Shown: positions 51,400 through 64,000 of the stretch, in pieces | Position numbering within the stretch: position 1 is the first letter of the stretch | Layout: the number at the start of each line of letters is the position of its first letter | Assembly: GCA_025201805.1 (NCBI GenBank) | Contig: MU619240.1 | Location: 56,723 to 120,722, forward strand | Source: Parasitella parasitica NRRL 2501 | Lineage: Eukaryota; Fungi; Mucoromycota | Direction of reading: 5' to 3' | Length of the DNA: 64,000 nt | Position numbers and translations under genes: made by a program | Notes under the pieces: generated by a model | What the model saw: the letters and a program-made list of their open reading frames with translations, nothing else | What the model was told of the DNA's origin: nothing | Databases searched by the model: none

Positions 51400-51852
51400 A
51401 TGACCAAAACCTTACCACCGGCTACATTAAAGACGCAACAAGAGGCTAATATGGCTGTGGAAATTGAACATGCTAATAATAGCAGCACATCATCCAATTC
51501 GTCTATTTCTACAACGACTATACCTTATTATGGAAGTCGAGAACCAAAGCAATCCATAAAAGAGACTGATCGTGTTATATTTCAAATGATGGATGATATC
51601 CAAATCAATAAAACAGTAATTAAAGAAAAGGCAGGCGATGTGGAAGCATACAAACAGCAGGATCCCTTTGCAGTTGAAAAGGTAGTAGCGAGACATCATG
51701 GCATACTATGGAGATTCCGCATTGTACTCAGCTCAATTGTCATTTTACTGCTTGTGGTTGGTATGTTATTAAATGTGTGCAATATTATCTGATAATTAAT
51801 TTCGAAAATAGTAACCGTTGTTGTCAGCGAAATTACAAAGAAAAGGCCTTGA
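51400..51852 (+). CDS. Small protein with single C-terminal TM helix (tail-anchored-like); exons 51400-51760, 51812-51852
   Basis: ORF plus GT-AG intron giving ..IVLSSIVILLLVVVTVVVSEITKKRP*. Confidence 0.6.
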
Positions 51853-52054
51853 TTAGATTAGAACCAATCGCTTTTTTTTAATATTTATGTATTTTATTTG
51901 ATTCTAAATGTGCGTGTGTAATATGATGTAGTTTTGTAATTAATTAGATGTGGTTAAATAAGCGGCGGTAATAGTAGTAATAGTAGTAGTAGTGGTAGTA
52001 ATAGTGGTTTAAGTAATTTTTTTTAATCCAGAACCGTAAGAAATACACATAAAC

Positions 52055-53961
52055 TTATGATTTTCTATTAATCACAGTTCTTCTAATTTGAGGCGTTGAG
52101 GGAGTTAATCGAGATATGGTTGATCTTGATGCAGTGGATGATGCTATTGGTCGTCTAGAGCCAATATCTGATGTTGGTGTTTTAGGAGGAGAAATAGGAG
52201 ATGCCCTGCTGGTCGTGCTTGTGCTTGAAAGTCTGGATGATGAGCGCAATTGCTTTGTATTCGTGGACGCCAAAGTAGATCTACTACTGGAACGTACAGG
52301 CTGTTTTTGCTGCTGTTTCAACAAGGCAATTTCTTGGGTTGCCGCATCAAGCTTGCGTTGTATAGACTTTCTTTGTTCGGCTTCTTCTTTTGAATGCATC
52401 TTCAATTCGCGAAGCTGATCAAGCACGCGAGACATCATTGATTCCATTTCTGCTCTTGCCTTGGATTCATGGCGCAGGCGGGATTCGAGAGGCTGAACTT
52501 GAGCCACGACTTGGTCCATCTTTCGCTCGTAAGTCTGTCTCATGCTGACCTCTTGTTCAACACGTTGATGCAAAACTTGATGTTGGTGGTCCATCAATAC
52601 TGTCATGTCCTCGGTAGCTTTTTCAAACGCCATGCGCATAGCTGTTTCTTCCTCGAGGTTTTTTTCAAGCATGTAGATGCGCTCTTGGAGTTGGTTGTTG
52701 TTGCGGCGATGAATGGTATCGTTGATATGGGCCAGGCCAGCAAGCACACGATGAGATACCTTCAAGGATCCAGAATTGTTGATGGCAGCCTTTTTGCGGA
52801 AAATGTAGCCTCTCCAGACAGACTGGATCTTGGTTGCAGCTTCATAGCGCTCGTCATCAAACTGCATCATGTATTCTTGCTCTTGGTCTGACAAGGGAAG
52901 AAATACAGAGGCTGATTCAATGAGCTTGTGTTCGTAGCCTTCGTCATCGTAACCTTCATCAGAGCTAGTGAAACTGCTGGTAGACTGAGAGCAATGAATG
53001 AAGGTAGGGGGGGACAGGTTGGACTTGCTGATCTTCATGACAATCACTTTGGAGTGGTTGGAGTAGCTGCTTTGGCCATCTTCGCTGAGGCTAGCAAGAT
53101 CATCATAGTGAGAGCCAAACCTGTCAGCCTCGGAATTCATTCTGTCACGGTAGTAAGGGTGAACACTGCGATAGTCTAATTTGGTTGGCTGTTAGTCACT
53201 TTGATTGTTCACTCATGTGCATGCTAAACTACCTTTTTCGTTCTCGGATTCAGAAGCTGAATATTCAGGAAATGTAAATGAACTTTTATCCCAATTGATT
53301 CTGTCTTCTTCAGCAACACGTTCCAAGTACTGAATATGACGATGCGCAGACAAAAAGGAGGACGGGCGGGCACACTGCAGAGATTTGCGAATAATAACAG
53401 TGCCGGTGGAGTCGTATGACTCTCCACGAGTTCGGTCAAAATCGCTACTGGTTGCTTGCGTGGGCAATTGAAGAGGTGAGAGTTGATGATCTGCTACAAA
53501 TGACATGTCTGGGTTGCTGAATGTATTGAGATACTGGTCAAGCAATTGCTCTGAATTCTGAAAGGCATCTGATTCGTCGTAGTAATCTTCCTCCTCCTCC
53601 TCCTCGAACAGGATATTCGAATATGCAGTTGTTGAGTTTGAAGTAAATGAGCATTCGTCAAAAAAGGAGAACTTTTCCTGGTCAATTTCGCTTGCTTCAA
53701 TAGCTAAAATGCACGATTTTGGAGGGAATTCATAATCGAATTGTTCGGGAGCAAGGTGCTGAGTAACTTCAATCAATTCCTAAGAGTAGACACACGAGTT
53801 AGCCATTACAATATAAAACAAATATTCGTGCTACAGCACGATTGCATTGCAGCCAACGTCCACGTTTTTAGATTAAAATGTTTTACCTTTTCGTCTTCAA
53901 CAGCCATCAAGGATGTCGAATCGCGGAGCATAATCGGTTCAGGGTTAAAGAAATCGGTCAT
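52055..53961 (-). CDS. IQ-motif coiled-coil protein with acidic N-terminus and basic Ser/Arg-rich tail (3 exons)
   Basis: AATKIQSVWRGYIFRKK IQ motif, LEEETAMRMAFEK coiled coil; exon 1 MTDFFNPEP..EDEK followed by GT donor. Confidence 0.75.
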
Positions 53962-55039
53962 CGTTCTTTAGATGTGCAGTGTTAAAAGTGAGTGGAATGG
54001 GTTGTAATTTTTTTTTTTTAGTATTTTTTGATGTTGGAGAACAAGATGTTCTTATTCTTGTTATGAATGAAAGCGATGTTTGTGCGTAGAAGAGCAAGCG
54101 CTTTGTTTATTTTTGGTGTTTTGAATTGAAGAGAAAAAACAAAAGAAAGAAGAAAGAAATCGGTCAAGGCCGCAGATTTTTCGATTCATTTTATACCATT
54201 TTCATACCTCAAGGAGGCACACAATACATATGCTCAAAAAGGGTTTGCTCCAAATGCGCCTTTTTTTTTTAGAACTATGGTAGCACACATTCGTTCATTT
54301 ATTTTTACTTAAAACCTTTAATGGAGATCAAACTTGCCGCCATTACTGCTACGTATGCAAGGTTAATGACACCAATAAGGAGTACATACATCATTTCTTG
54401 ATACTTTTGGTTTTAGGCATGTTAAATGAAAAAAAACAATTCCCAGACTTCTCTCCAACTGACAGCTGCCTTAATATAACTCGTAATTTACGACAATATT
54501 AGTGCTATACTAATCATCATGACCAATTAAAACGTCGTACAAGCGCCTAAACAAGCTCACCATGCGAACGGCACGAAAATCATCAAGTCCGTTTTGCGAT
54601 CGACAGTGTTCGAGCCTTCAATTTGTTAGATGTATATATATAAAACGATTTGTAATTATACGGACATTACGTCGCATACTCTATGGTAACTATTAAATCT
54701 TGGCATTGTCTCAACATGTCGTGTGCTTATCACTCATATTTATGCAAACCCAATGACAATGAAAGTGGTTGAATCAGAAAATATAGCATTCCCAATCGAT
54801 CGATTAAGCTTATACAAAGTATAATGAAATATTTGTTTTTTTTACACCAATGAAACCTTGCACATGAAAATCAAAGTTTAAGATTAGTACACATAAAGGT
54901 CTGTGTTGCTGTCACCAATTTATTTGCTTGCGCATCTCATTTGTACATATGCTCTGCCATTAATATGTGTGTCTGATACAAACAATACTCCTGAATAGAC
55001 TCATTGTTTCAGAACACAAGCCAGTCAGCCGCCTAGTTT

Positions 55040-55620
55040 GTCATAGATCATGTTCGATAAGGTACAGATATTCGACAATTTATTTTTATCCTTGGCAAAG
55101 TCGCTTGTGGATGGCTTAAATCACTCTGGCACGTACAATTTTTAGCCAATTTTTCTATCATCTTCTTGGGCGCAAGCTCAATAAAACCATTTTTAGATCC
55201 TGCTGCGCGATTCCGTTCTTTTCCAACGTACATTCAGATGGCATACGCCATTTCTAAAGCCTTCCATCTCGTAACACCTTACATATATAGATGGCTTACA
55301 CTGATTGATTTGCTTCTTGAACAAAGCTTAATTAACTTTTCATACAATTATGGACGCCAGTACTATACCTTTTGTAATGATTTCTCTTGGCTTTTTACTC
55401 TTGTTTTTTGAAAATTACAATCTCTAAATGCACAAAAATCTGGTGCACAGAATGTGCCAGTAAGCAACTTATGTTACCCCTTCCAATTTTTAGACATCTG
55501 CAGAAAAGGATCAACATAAATTGTACCATACCCCAAGTTTTAATGGTATATGCAGAGATTCTAACCCTAATGGATTCAGACTGACAATTTCGGATAAAGG
55601 AAATTTCCAAAGGTTTTTTT
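55040..55620 (-). pseudogene. Decayed coding-like relic, family unknown
   Basis: Cluster of short broken ORFs within a long intergenic region; no motif recognised. Confidence 0.2.
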
Positions 55621-56473
55621 CACTACTATCAGACAGCTTTGAGTCCATTCATTACTAATAAAAGTATTGTAACTTATATGAAATATTTTATTTTATTTTT
55701 TTAGTTTGTACTCAAATTGCTCTTTTATACTGAAAAATACTCCAATTTGAATATTTGGCAAAAAGTCAAGAATATTAGCTTGTAAGGTAGAAATTAATAC
55801 AATTACCATGAAGAAATAAGGATTTGAATACGCTGCTACTAGTAAAAATGTTACGAAAAGTCTCATTTTTCAAATTAACATTGCATTTTGTCTAAAACGA
55901 GATTTACCATGACGAAGTACAAGGCAAAAATCAGGTGTGGGGAAATCTTGCAGTGGCGCATCAAAACGAATCTATTCATAAGAGGTATGAAATTATTCGA
56001 TATCTCTTTTAAGCGGTGTAAACAGCCAAAATCGACAAAATAAGAAGCAAAAGACCACAATTAGGTAATTTTAGGAGATTTTCTGACTAAGAATGCCATG
56101 TTGTATTAGTGAAGAATCGTTCTCATAATACGCACAGGTGGTGAATCAAGTAAGAAATAAAGTAATCCGAAAGGCAAAACCTCCAAATGAAGACATCCGA
56201 GACACGATGTCAAATAAAGTGGTATGATTTTTTGTTCATGAATGTATTGACATTAGACACATATAAAACCTGGCGAATGAAAGCCGGCCTTTTCAGATTT
56301 AACACTGTTAAACAATTTAAGCAAAAACTGTCAAGCATACAACGTAAACAGTGTTGAATAGAAGTGTTTCCATTTTTCGATAAACATACATTGTAGGCTC
56401 TATATTTTCTTACAGAAAGTTTATTATTAAAACGGTGATAATAGGGTATGCAATTACTATGTGTTGAGAAGTA

Positions 56474-57891
56474 TTATTGTTCATTTGATCGGGTTGTCAT
56501 TCCAGCCATAAGACGTTGCTCAGTTGTGATGGGCTCATTCCATTGTCCATCATAGACCAAGGATTTCTGCGTAGACATAAAACCAGCGACAGCAGCCCTC
56601 TCAGCTTCATACATTTCAGGCGTAACACCTTCGAACTGATTATTGAATGTGTAAAAGTTGGTAGCATACTCAAATCGATCCAAGTTGGGAAATAGCTTTG
56701 TGAGATCATGAAAGCCAGGAGAGGATAATGGCGTTGTAATGAACTTGGTAACTCTAAGGTTGCGCAAAGAAGATCCTGGAAGGTCGAGTTGAGGTGTATC
56801 TGCTGGCTGCTGTATAAAGTGCTGATGGTGATAATGATATTGGTGCTGGTGATTATATTTATGTCTTAAAGAATGTGTGTCATAAGGTCGGAAACGGCGC
56901 TTGTTGCTTCCTCTAGCGGTTTTAGTTTGTTGATCTTGTAAAGAATCACGCAATGAATTGTAAAGGGCCAGGTCTCTGTTTGTGACACATGCCAAATCAT
57001 GAACCTCCAGTGTTCTTAGATTTTTACATTTGCAGAGAAGTTCCCAAAAAGCGCGACTAGAAATTGTACCTGTAGGAGAAGCGCCACGGAGCTCATGTCC
57101 ATCTTCACTGATAAGGCCGGTTAATTCAAGGACATCTTTAGATTTGATACTGCAAAGAGTCAGAGATTCGAGCAAAGGCCAGTGTCTTGCCATAGTCATA
57201 AGGACAGCATCGTTCATACCAGCGTGCAGGCCACGGAAATGGCGCATTTTAGGACTACCAGACACAATGGCTTGTAATAAACCAGAAGAGTGAAGGCCTT
57301 TATCCCCATTACTGACGTAGTGAAATGTCCCGAGAGAGTTGGCATTGCAAGCAATAGCACAGAAAAGTTCGGTCATTTCAAAATCTAGATCGCAGTTGAG
57401 GATTTTGATTGTGTGCAGAGTCGAACGTCCCAATTCCATGAGTTGAGTAAACAAATCAGAAAAGTGATTGTGAAGCTCAAAGCCATTTTTCAAATACTCT
57501 TGTCTTCTGCGAGCAGGTTGGAGAGCTCTGATGTGTGAAAATAATAATGGTCTATTTGGAGGTTGAGTTGAAAACTGGACAGGAACAACTGCATTTTGGA
57601 TGAATTCAGAGAAACAGCCCTCGATTGTGATACTTCTGATGCGAGGGCTTATTTGGACGATACGCTGCATGGCCAGCAGGAGCGTATTGAATTCAAGGTC
57701 TTTCAATACAATATCTTGATACAAATGAGGGTCATTACAGTTGTAATACCATTTGTGAGAGACTCTAATGAAAAAAATGTGAGTGCCATGAGTATGTGCT
57801 TATTGCAATGGATACTATACCTTGAAGCCCTCAATTTATCAGGTAATGACAGATAGGCAAATATTTGTTGAAGAATAGGGTTTGGAAACAT
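56474..57891 (-). CDS. F-box / LRR(RNI)-like protein (2 exons)
   Basis: FPNPILQQIFAYLSLPDKLRASRVSHKW F-box after splicing; LxxLxL repeats (LESLTL, LRTLEV, LRNLRV). Confidence 0.82.
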
Positions 57892-59029
57892 GTTTTATAA
57901 TATGGTATATGGATATAAGAAAAAAGTAGAAGTGAATACAAGGAGTAAAAAGGGGAGCTATATATATATTTTTTTTTTCATGTCTTGCTGCAATTATACT
58001 TGGTAACCAATATAATCTAAAGTATTTGTATACCCTATCAAAAGGTTGGCGCATGTTTCAGGTACAGACTGAGGTTCACTGTCGGATCTTTCGTTTGTTT
58101 TGTGAGCATTACAAACAGATAACGTATAGGCAACAAAAAACGGGAGATGAGAATGTCGAAAGGTAGCAAAAATTATCCCAGGGCACGTATACAACGATGT
58201 TCAACCATCTACCCCTCCCCTCAAACTATATAAGATGATGATGTTGTTGTTGTTTCACTGCTGAAAAATGACCACTATTTTTTCTCCAATGTTTAAGATT
58301 TTTTTTTTATTGTTTTCCACAAAGGGCTGATAGAACTATTCTATTCAGGTTTGTATGGTGCCCTTCCTTTTTGAACTTGTCCTTTTTACTGTTTCACGGT
58401 TAATTTTTCTATGCACTTTGATTCTATTTGAATGCCTTTAAAATCACTATAATACAGCTCGATCCGGGAAATCCGAAAGGCGGGGTGTCTGTTTTTGAAC
58501 AAATTTCCCTGAAGATCAATGATGGAGAAGCAATTGAGTACCGGATGAAAGATAGAGCGATATGGTGTTTATAAAGTTACAAAAAAGAAAAAGTGAAACT
58601 GCCCACTGTAGTACAGCTGTTAAGATTACGATTACATGTTTATTCTGTTCTATTCAGTCACTACTATTGACTCCTTGCGATGATTAATGCAGAATCAGTT
58701 ATATCTCTGATGCATCACACTTTCTTTTGAATGTAGCATACCGTAAGAGCACCATTATTATAGACTGGTGTTACATCAAAATAACTTAACTTGTGCTCAT
58801 TTGTCTTGATCCTTGCGATTGGATGCGTCGGAAGATGAGTGAAAAATTATACGTCAAGGCTACCATAGACATTTGGCCAAATAAAGTGGATTATTGACAC
58901 TGTCTAACATGATCTAAACAATTTTTTCTTATCACAATGTTCAACAATAATATGAAAAATAGGCTGCCTGTTTTCTGCAAGCAGCTATTCTTTTTTTCTG
59001 TCCTTATTGGCTTTTCTTTCTCAAATTAT

Positions 59030-59860
59030 GCACAAAATGTCAAATGTCGATATTCTGTAATTGTTATAGGAGAGACACGCTTACTTGTCGCTTGCCATCT
59101 TATGAATTCTTGATAAGCATGACTAATACGATACGTAGAGATACAGCAGGAACAAGGTTTTCTTGTTTCTCTCAAAGTTAAAGTTAAGCTGGTGCGCCCA
59201 TTTTGAAACAATTGAAATTAGAAATTCAAATTTTATAATCTTAAAGCGATACCAAGCACCTTGTGTCTACAATGTCAACATCGTGATCATATCTGGGTAG
59301 CTGCAATTATACGATATGATTTCTAACGTGCAAAAATGTTGATTTACTAAAAGCATCAAGAGGGGAAAAGTGGTTTATACAACTCAGCCTTGGACCTTTG
59401 GTGTGGAGAATTGCCCGTTTGTTGGATACATCCGCGGAGAAAGGGTCAATTGAAAACGTAGAAGACGAGATTACAGAGAACAGCATGCTCTTTATGTCAG
59501 ACATGCTGAAATCCATCGTTTTAATAAAAATATGCTTTCGCAAATACAAAAAATCGGGGTCTTCGACTTTTACCCTGTAGTATGTTTCAAGATATCTTTT
59601 GGGTATTTCTATATTTCCACTATTTAATTGCACTATGCTACTTTAAATGATTCGTGCTATCCTTGGCATGAGCCGATTTGTAATACGGTAAGCTTCTGTT
59701 TTTTGTCGGTATAGTTGGATTTCCAGCTTTGAAGAGTGGTGTAAATGAGCTACGATTTCCAACTTCAATCAAGTAGCTGGTTCAAGTACAGCTTGTATAA
59801 AGTATGTACATTGCTGGCTTGAGCGGTGTCGCTTTCTACTCGGCGAAATATTTCATGCAG
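59030..59860 (-). pseudogene. Decayed gene relic, possibly of an expanded F-box-like family
   Basis: Broken ORFs 59307-59633 and 59026-59211 with upstream EIFRRVE..QC fragment. Confidence 0.25.
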
Positions 59861-60493
59861 AAAGAAACTTGAAAAAAAAAAAAGCATTTACGGTATTACA
59901 CAGTTAGAATGCTTTTCAGAATGCATTAGGATCCAGAAACGCAGATTGAACACCCTTTCCAACTCCCAGTCCTGACTTCAAGGAACGCAAAACCCTAAGA
60001 AGAAGGGAAATCACTATTTCTCAGCTTTAACGAGAACGAGATTAGCATTGAGAAATTCAGAAAAGTCTGATGCATCTTTTGGTATTTTACATATGATGTC
60101 TGCGTAGAATCACGTTGTTTTTAAGCTTGCATAAGATGACTGACAGCATTTTTCAGAGTTTTTCAGGAAAAGTAACTTTCAAATTCGGAGCGTGCAATAA
60201 CTAGACAAACCGACAAAATTAATTTAATATCGTTGTAAAGCCAAGAAGCAGGAGAGTTGTCTGTTGTAATACAAAAGATTGCCACGTATATCGAAGCAGA
60301 TACAGCCTCTCAAAGTCTTACTTTGGAACAAAACTGCGAAACTGGCTACCAAGGCCAAAGTTGAGAAATATTTCCTTTTTTGCTCTTTCATCGGTGAAAA
60401 GATCTTCAAACTCATGGAGAAATCTTGAGCAGAAATTACTTTAGGTTAGGTATTTTTATCTCAAAATTTTCCGCATCAAACAAATTTATTTGT

Positions 60494-61319
60494 TTTTTTT
60501 TTTTTTTTAAATTGTGTTTATTGATTGAGCCGCGTACTATAGGATATGAGTTCCTATCGAAGAGGCGGGTGCAATTGAGATAAAATATAATGTTATAGAT
60601 ATAAATAATAATGATAAGAACAATAAAGAAGTTAGTGAGATAAGAGAAAAAAAAAAAAAAACTATTTTAAAAACAAGAAAACTAAAATGGCAATGCTAGT
60701 TACAGAATTGTATGGCATTGATCTTCCCCAATGGCCTGATGGACAGAGGATCGGATACTAGCCAGAATTGTTGTAGGTACCATTGGCGTTTGGTTAAAGA
60801 TAAATCGCATATGAGCGAGCCAGAGTTGAGATAAAGAGATGAGGAGGATTTTGTATGGTTTGATACCGGTAAGTTGGCAATACCAAATATCGGTAAAATC
60901 CAGGGACAAAAGAGCCTCTTTGATGTCGCTGATAGTCGTAGTGGGACACAGAAATTCAAAAATCACACCTTGCCAAACTTTTTCGTTGGTTGGACAGTGG
61001 AAAAAAAGATGTTGGGTTGAATCATTGACTGTAAGGCAGATTGGACAACGAGGAGAATCAAAAACTGCAGGCATAATGGAATGCAAGAAACTGCGGTTTG
61101 GGATACTCCCAGCGATTAGGCGGTAAATGACATTTCTTTGAACTTTTGTAAGCGATAAAGACCAAAAAACTTTCCAGTGCAACGAAGAGATATTCCGTAG
61201 CGCTAAAGGAGGAGTTACTGACGCTAGAACTGACAACCGAAATGTTTTGGCAGAAGCTTTGGCATTACTAAATGATTGTCCGTCATGAAGTTTAAATTGG
61301 TTGGCAAAAGGAGCAAATG
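60494..61319 (-). mobile_element. 5'-truncated L1-like non-LTR retrotransposon (ORF2 C-terminal zf-RVT region, 3' UTR, poly-A)
   Basis: WKVFWSL..RNVIYRL..CPIC..DSTQHLFFHCP; AATAAA then A-tail (T-run 60493-60508); 14-bp TSD ACAAATTTATTTGT at 60480-60493 and 61320-61333. Confidence 0.92.
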
Positions 61320-61710
61320 ACAAATTTATTTGTAAAGTTGAAAACTAGCCTTAAATGATAAAAAAGGGCATCCTCGATCGTGGAACTGCCAATTCAAAGA
61401 GTTTTTACATTTATTTGTGGAGATTCACGAGAGAAGGACAAAGAGACACTGTATTTGGAATGTAGTCTAGCGATTAGGTAATTGTAATGATGTGCATACA
61501 AATTCTATATTATATCCTACACCCAATCGTCAATGTTTAATATTTCTGTTACATACTATTGAATGGAGGCACGTTTTAGAGCCAGACTCTACATTCCATA
61601 GCACATCCAAGCTACATATGCTATAATATTTATTTACACATAAACACATTAAATATGCTGATATCAATTTACAACAAACAATAATAAAAAATAAATAAGC
61701 AAACAAAGTC

Positions 61711-63399
61711 TCAAGCTCTATGTTTTTCAAATCCCTTGACAATGTCTTCCAATGATCTACCTTTCGTTTCAGGCAAAAAGATCAAAGTAAAAGTAAATGC
61801 AATGGCAGCAATGGCAGCAAAAATAATAAAAGAGTACCCAGCAATGCTAGCAAAAATAACGGGGAAACATTGGCCGATCAAGAAATTCATTGCCCAGTTT
61901 ACGCAAGTAGCAATTGCACCAACGGCAGAAGAGGCATATGTGGGGGTTAATTCGGAAGTTAACAACCAAGGAATAGGCCCAATACCGATAGCGAAAGAAG
62001 CAACATATAAGAAAACGGAAACAACCAAAAGAGCCGGGGTTTTGTATACATAGCCGATAACCAATAAAATTGAGAATAGACAAGCACCAAAATTAGCAAT
62101 CAATAACAACGGACGCCGGCCCATACGGTCAATTAAAGCAACTGCAACAGCTGTCATGACAAAGTTAACAACAGTAGTAACAATAGCCATGTATTTTGAC
62201 ATGTCTGCGTCAAAAGCCAAAGTAAAGATGGTAGTAGAATAGTACATAACAGCATTGATACCAACCAATTGTTGGAAAGCGTGCAAGAGAATGACAGTAA
62301 GAGAGATGCGACGAATAACGGGATCAGTAAAAATTTGCCAGATGTTCATTACATCGTGTTGAGATACTGGGGCAACGACCTCGCCCGCCGAGTTATCAAA
62401 ATCATCATCGACGTTGGAAACAGCTTGAGTAGTTGTCAAATGATCAGTATCTTTGACGGCATCTGGATGGTCTGTTGGTACAGTAGCAGCTGAAGGACGA
62501 GGAGGAGATGAAGGAACAGCTACATCATCAGCTTCTTCAATGTGTTTCTTATCTTCTTCGGGAGGAGGGCCTTGGTACTGAGTCATTGATTGAGCAGCTG
62601 CGGTGCCATAGTAACCTTCAACCATGCCATAGAATTCCCTATCAATATTATAACTACCTCTCAATTTTTGCAAGGAATGTTTCGCATCTTCGATTCTGTT
62701 CACAGAGATTAGGTAACGAGGAGTCTCGACACATGTTCCCATTAAAAAGAATTGGACGATTGCCGGAACTGCGACAAGCGCATAATTCACACGCCAAAGT
62801 GGGACATATGCCAAAGGTAATCCAATAACAGAAGACAGCAGGATACCGATGACAATGAAAAATTGATTGCAAGTTCCCATAGCACCACGAGCTTTAATAG
62901 AAGACACTTCGCCAATGTATGTTGGAATAGATAAGGAGCCCATACCACAGCCCAGCCCACAGAGAATACGGCCGATAATAAACATAGCTTCATGCACAGA
63001 GCACCCTATCAGGATACCGCCAATAATATAGCCTAAGTTGTTGAGAACAATCGCTTTTCTTCTGCCAACTTTTGTTTGCAGAGGACCAGCAGATAATCCA
63101 CCGATGAGACCACCAACGCAGAATGAAGCAACAGCAAAACCCCTAAAGTGAACGTTTTGTTATTTGGGATATATTTTACAGTCAGGATGTTAAACTGCAT
63201 ACCATAGCGCATTATCCATTGGTAAGCAATCTGGAAATGCTTTATTATATATATGTGCATTGCCATTGGGGCAATTATGCGTGATTTCACCGGGGACATT
63301 TGGTGAACCAATGACCCACCCATTACTGAACGAACCTAAACATGCTACAAATACACAGTAAAGCATGAACTTTGGGAATTTTGCACTATATGAATCCAT
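61711..63399 (-). CDS. Sugar porter (GLUT-like MFS hexose transporter), multi-exon
   Basis: GRILCGLG, PTYIGEVS..RG, ETPRYL, QQLVGINAVMYYS, DRMGRR, GPIPW, PETKGRSLE. Confidence 0.93.
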
Positions 63400-64000
63400 C
63401 CTTTTAGTAACAAAAGAAAAAGAAAAATAAGATAGTAAATGAAAAGGATGCACATCCCAAACAGTTTGCAGCAGATCAAGATATGGGATCCGGTGAAACC
63501 CTAGAAAAAAGTTGGTTTCAATTGCAATGTGGAGTAATGTGTCATTCTTTAGTCATTCAAAAGGAAAATATTATGCAAAAAATTGAAATAGAAAAAAAGA
63601 AAGAAAATCGAAAGGTTAAGTAGGGAATGTTACATTAAAAACAAAAGAAAGGGTGAGAAATGCTTATAAATAAGAGTTATCTAAAAAAAGTATGCTGGGA
63701 AACTCGCCTGGGAAACCAGCTTGGAGGTCTCCCATTTAAAATAATTGAAATTCAGATTTTGACAAAATAAAGTGATATCATTGGATAAACTCTTATGTTA
63801 TTTGACATGAAAGTGTACCTAATGCATTGAATACTGGTGTCTTTATACTGTTAATTGATTATTCTTGTATATATTCACTATAGTAGATTTTCTACTGAAT
63901 ATTTTTTATTGTCTAAGGTTATTTTTAATATCTTTTAAGCAGTTTATAAAAGAGCTTTACTAAAAGAAACATCGAGAAAGACTTGGAAAATACTAAAAAT

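Overview
Eukaryotic, AT-rich, intron-dense genomic DNA with mostly 50-80 nt GT-AG introns. Gene content and style point to a Mucorales (Mucoromycota) fungus; this is inference and the genus cannot be fixed from the sequence. About 21 host genes are supported: clathrin light chain, Slh1/ASCC3 double-cassette helicase, a GAPDH paralogue, Arl3/ARFRP1, two MFS transporters, a HECT E3 ligase, a 3CxxC zinc-finger protein, RPL5, a CC1-box coiled-coil protein, ornithine aminotransferase, MLH1, a CorA Mg transporter, a divergent calmodulin, RPS1 and RPS30 head-to-head, an IQ-motif protein, an F-box protein, a sugar porter and several hypotheticals. Calmodulin and RPS30 are absent from the ORF track and were assembled by hand. 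The standout accessory feature is a ~1.96 kb non-autonomous TIR element (46808-48770). It has 24-bp self-palindromic TIRs flanked by TA and carries an intron-containing, internally deleted Fanzor1 (eukaryotic TnpB-like RNA-guided nuclease) gene. Its RuvC-III motif looks inactivated by CpG transitions, and a structured candidate omega-RNA region lies next to the downstream end. A 5'-truncated LINE with a perfect 14-bp TSD, a diverged ~340-bp direct repeat and several decayed ORF relics are also present. No tRNA, rRNA or CRISPR array was found. Splice coordinates were read by eye.
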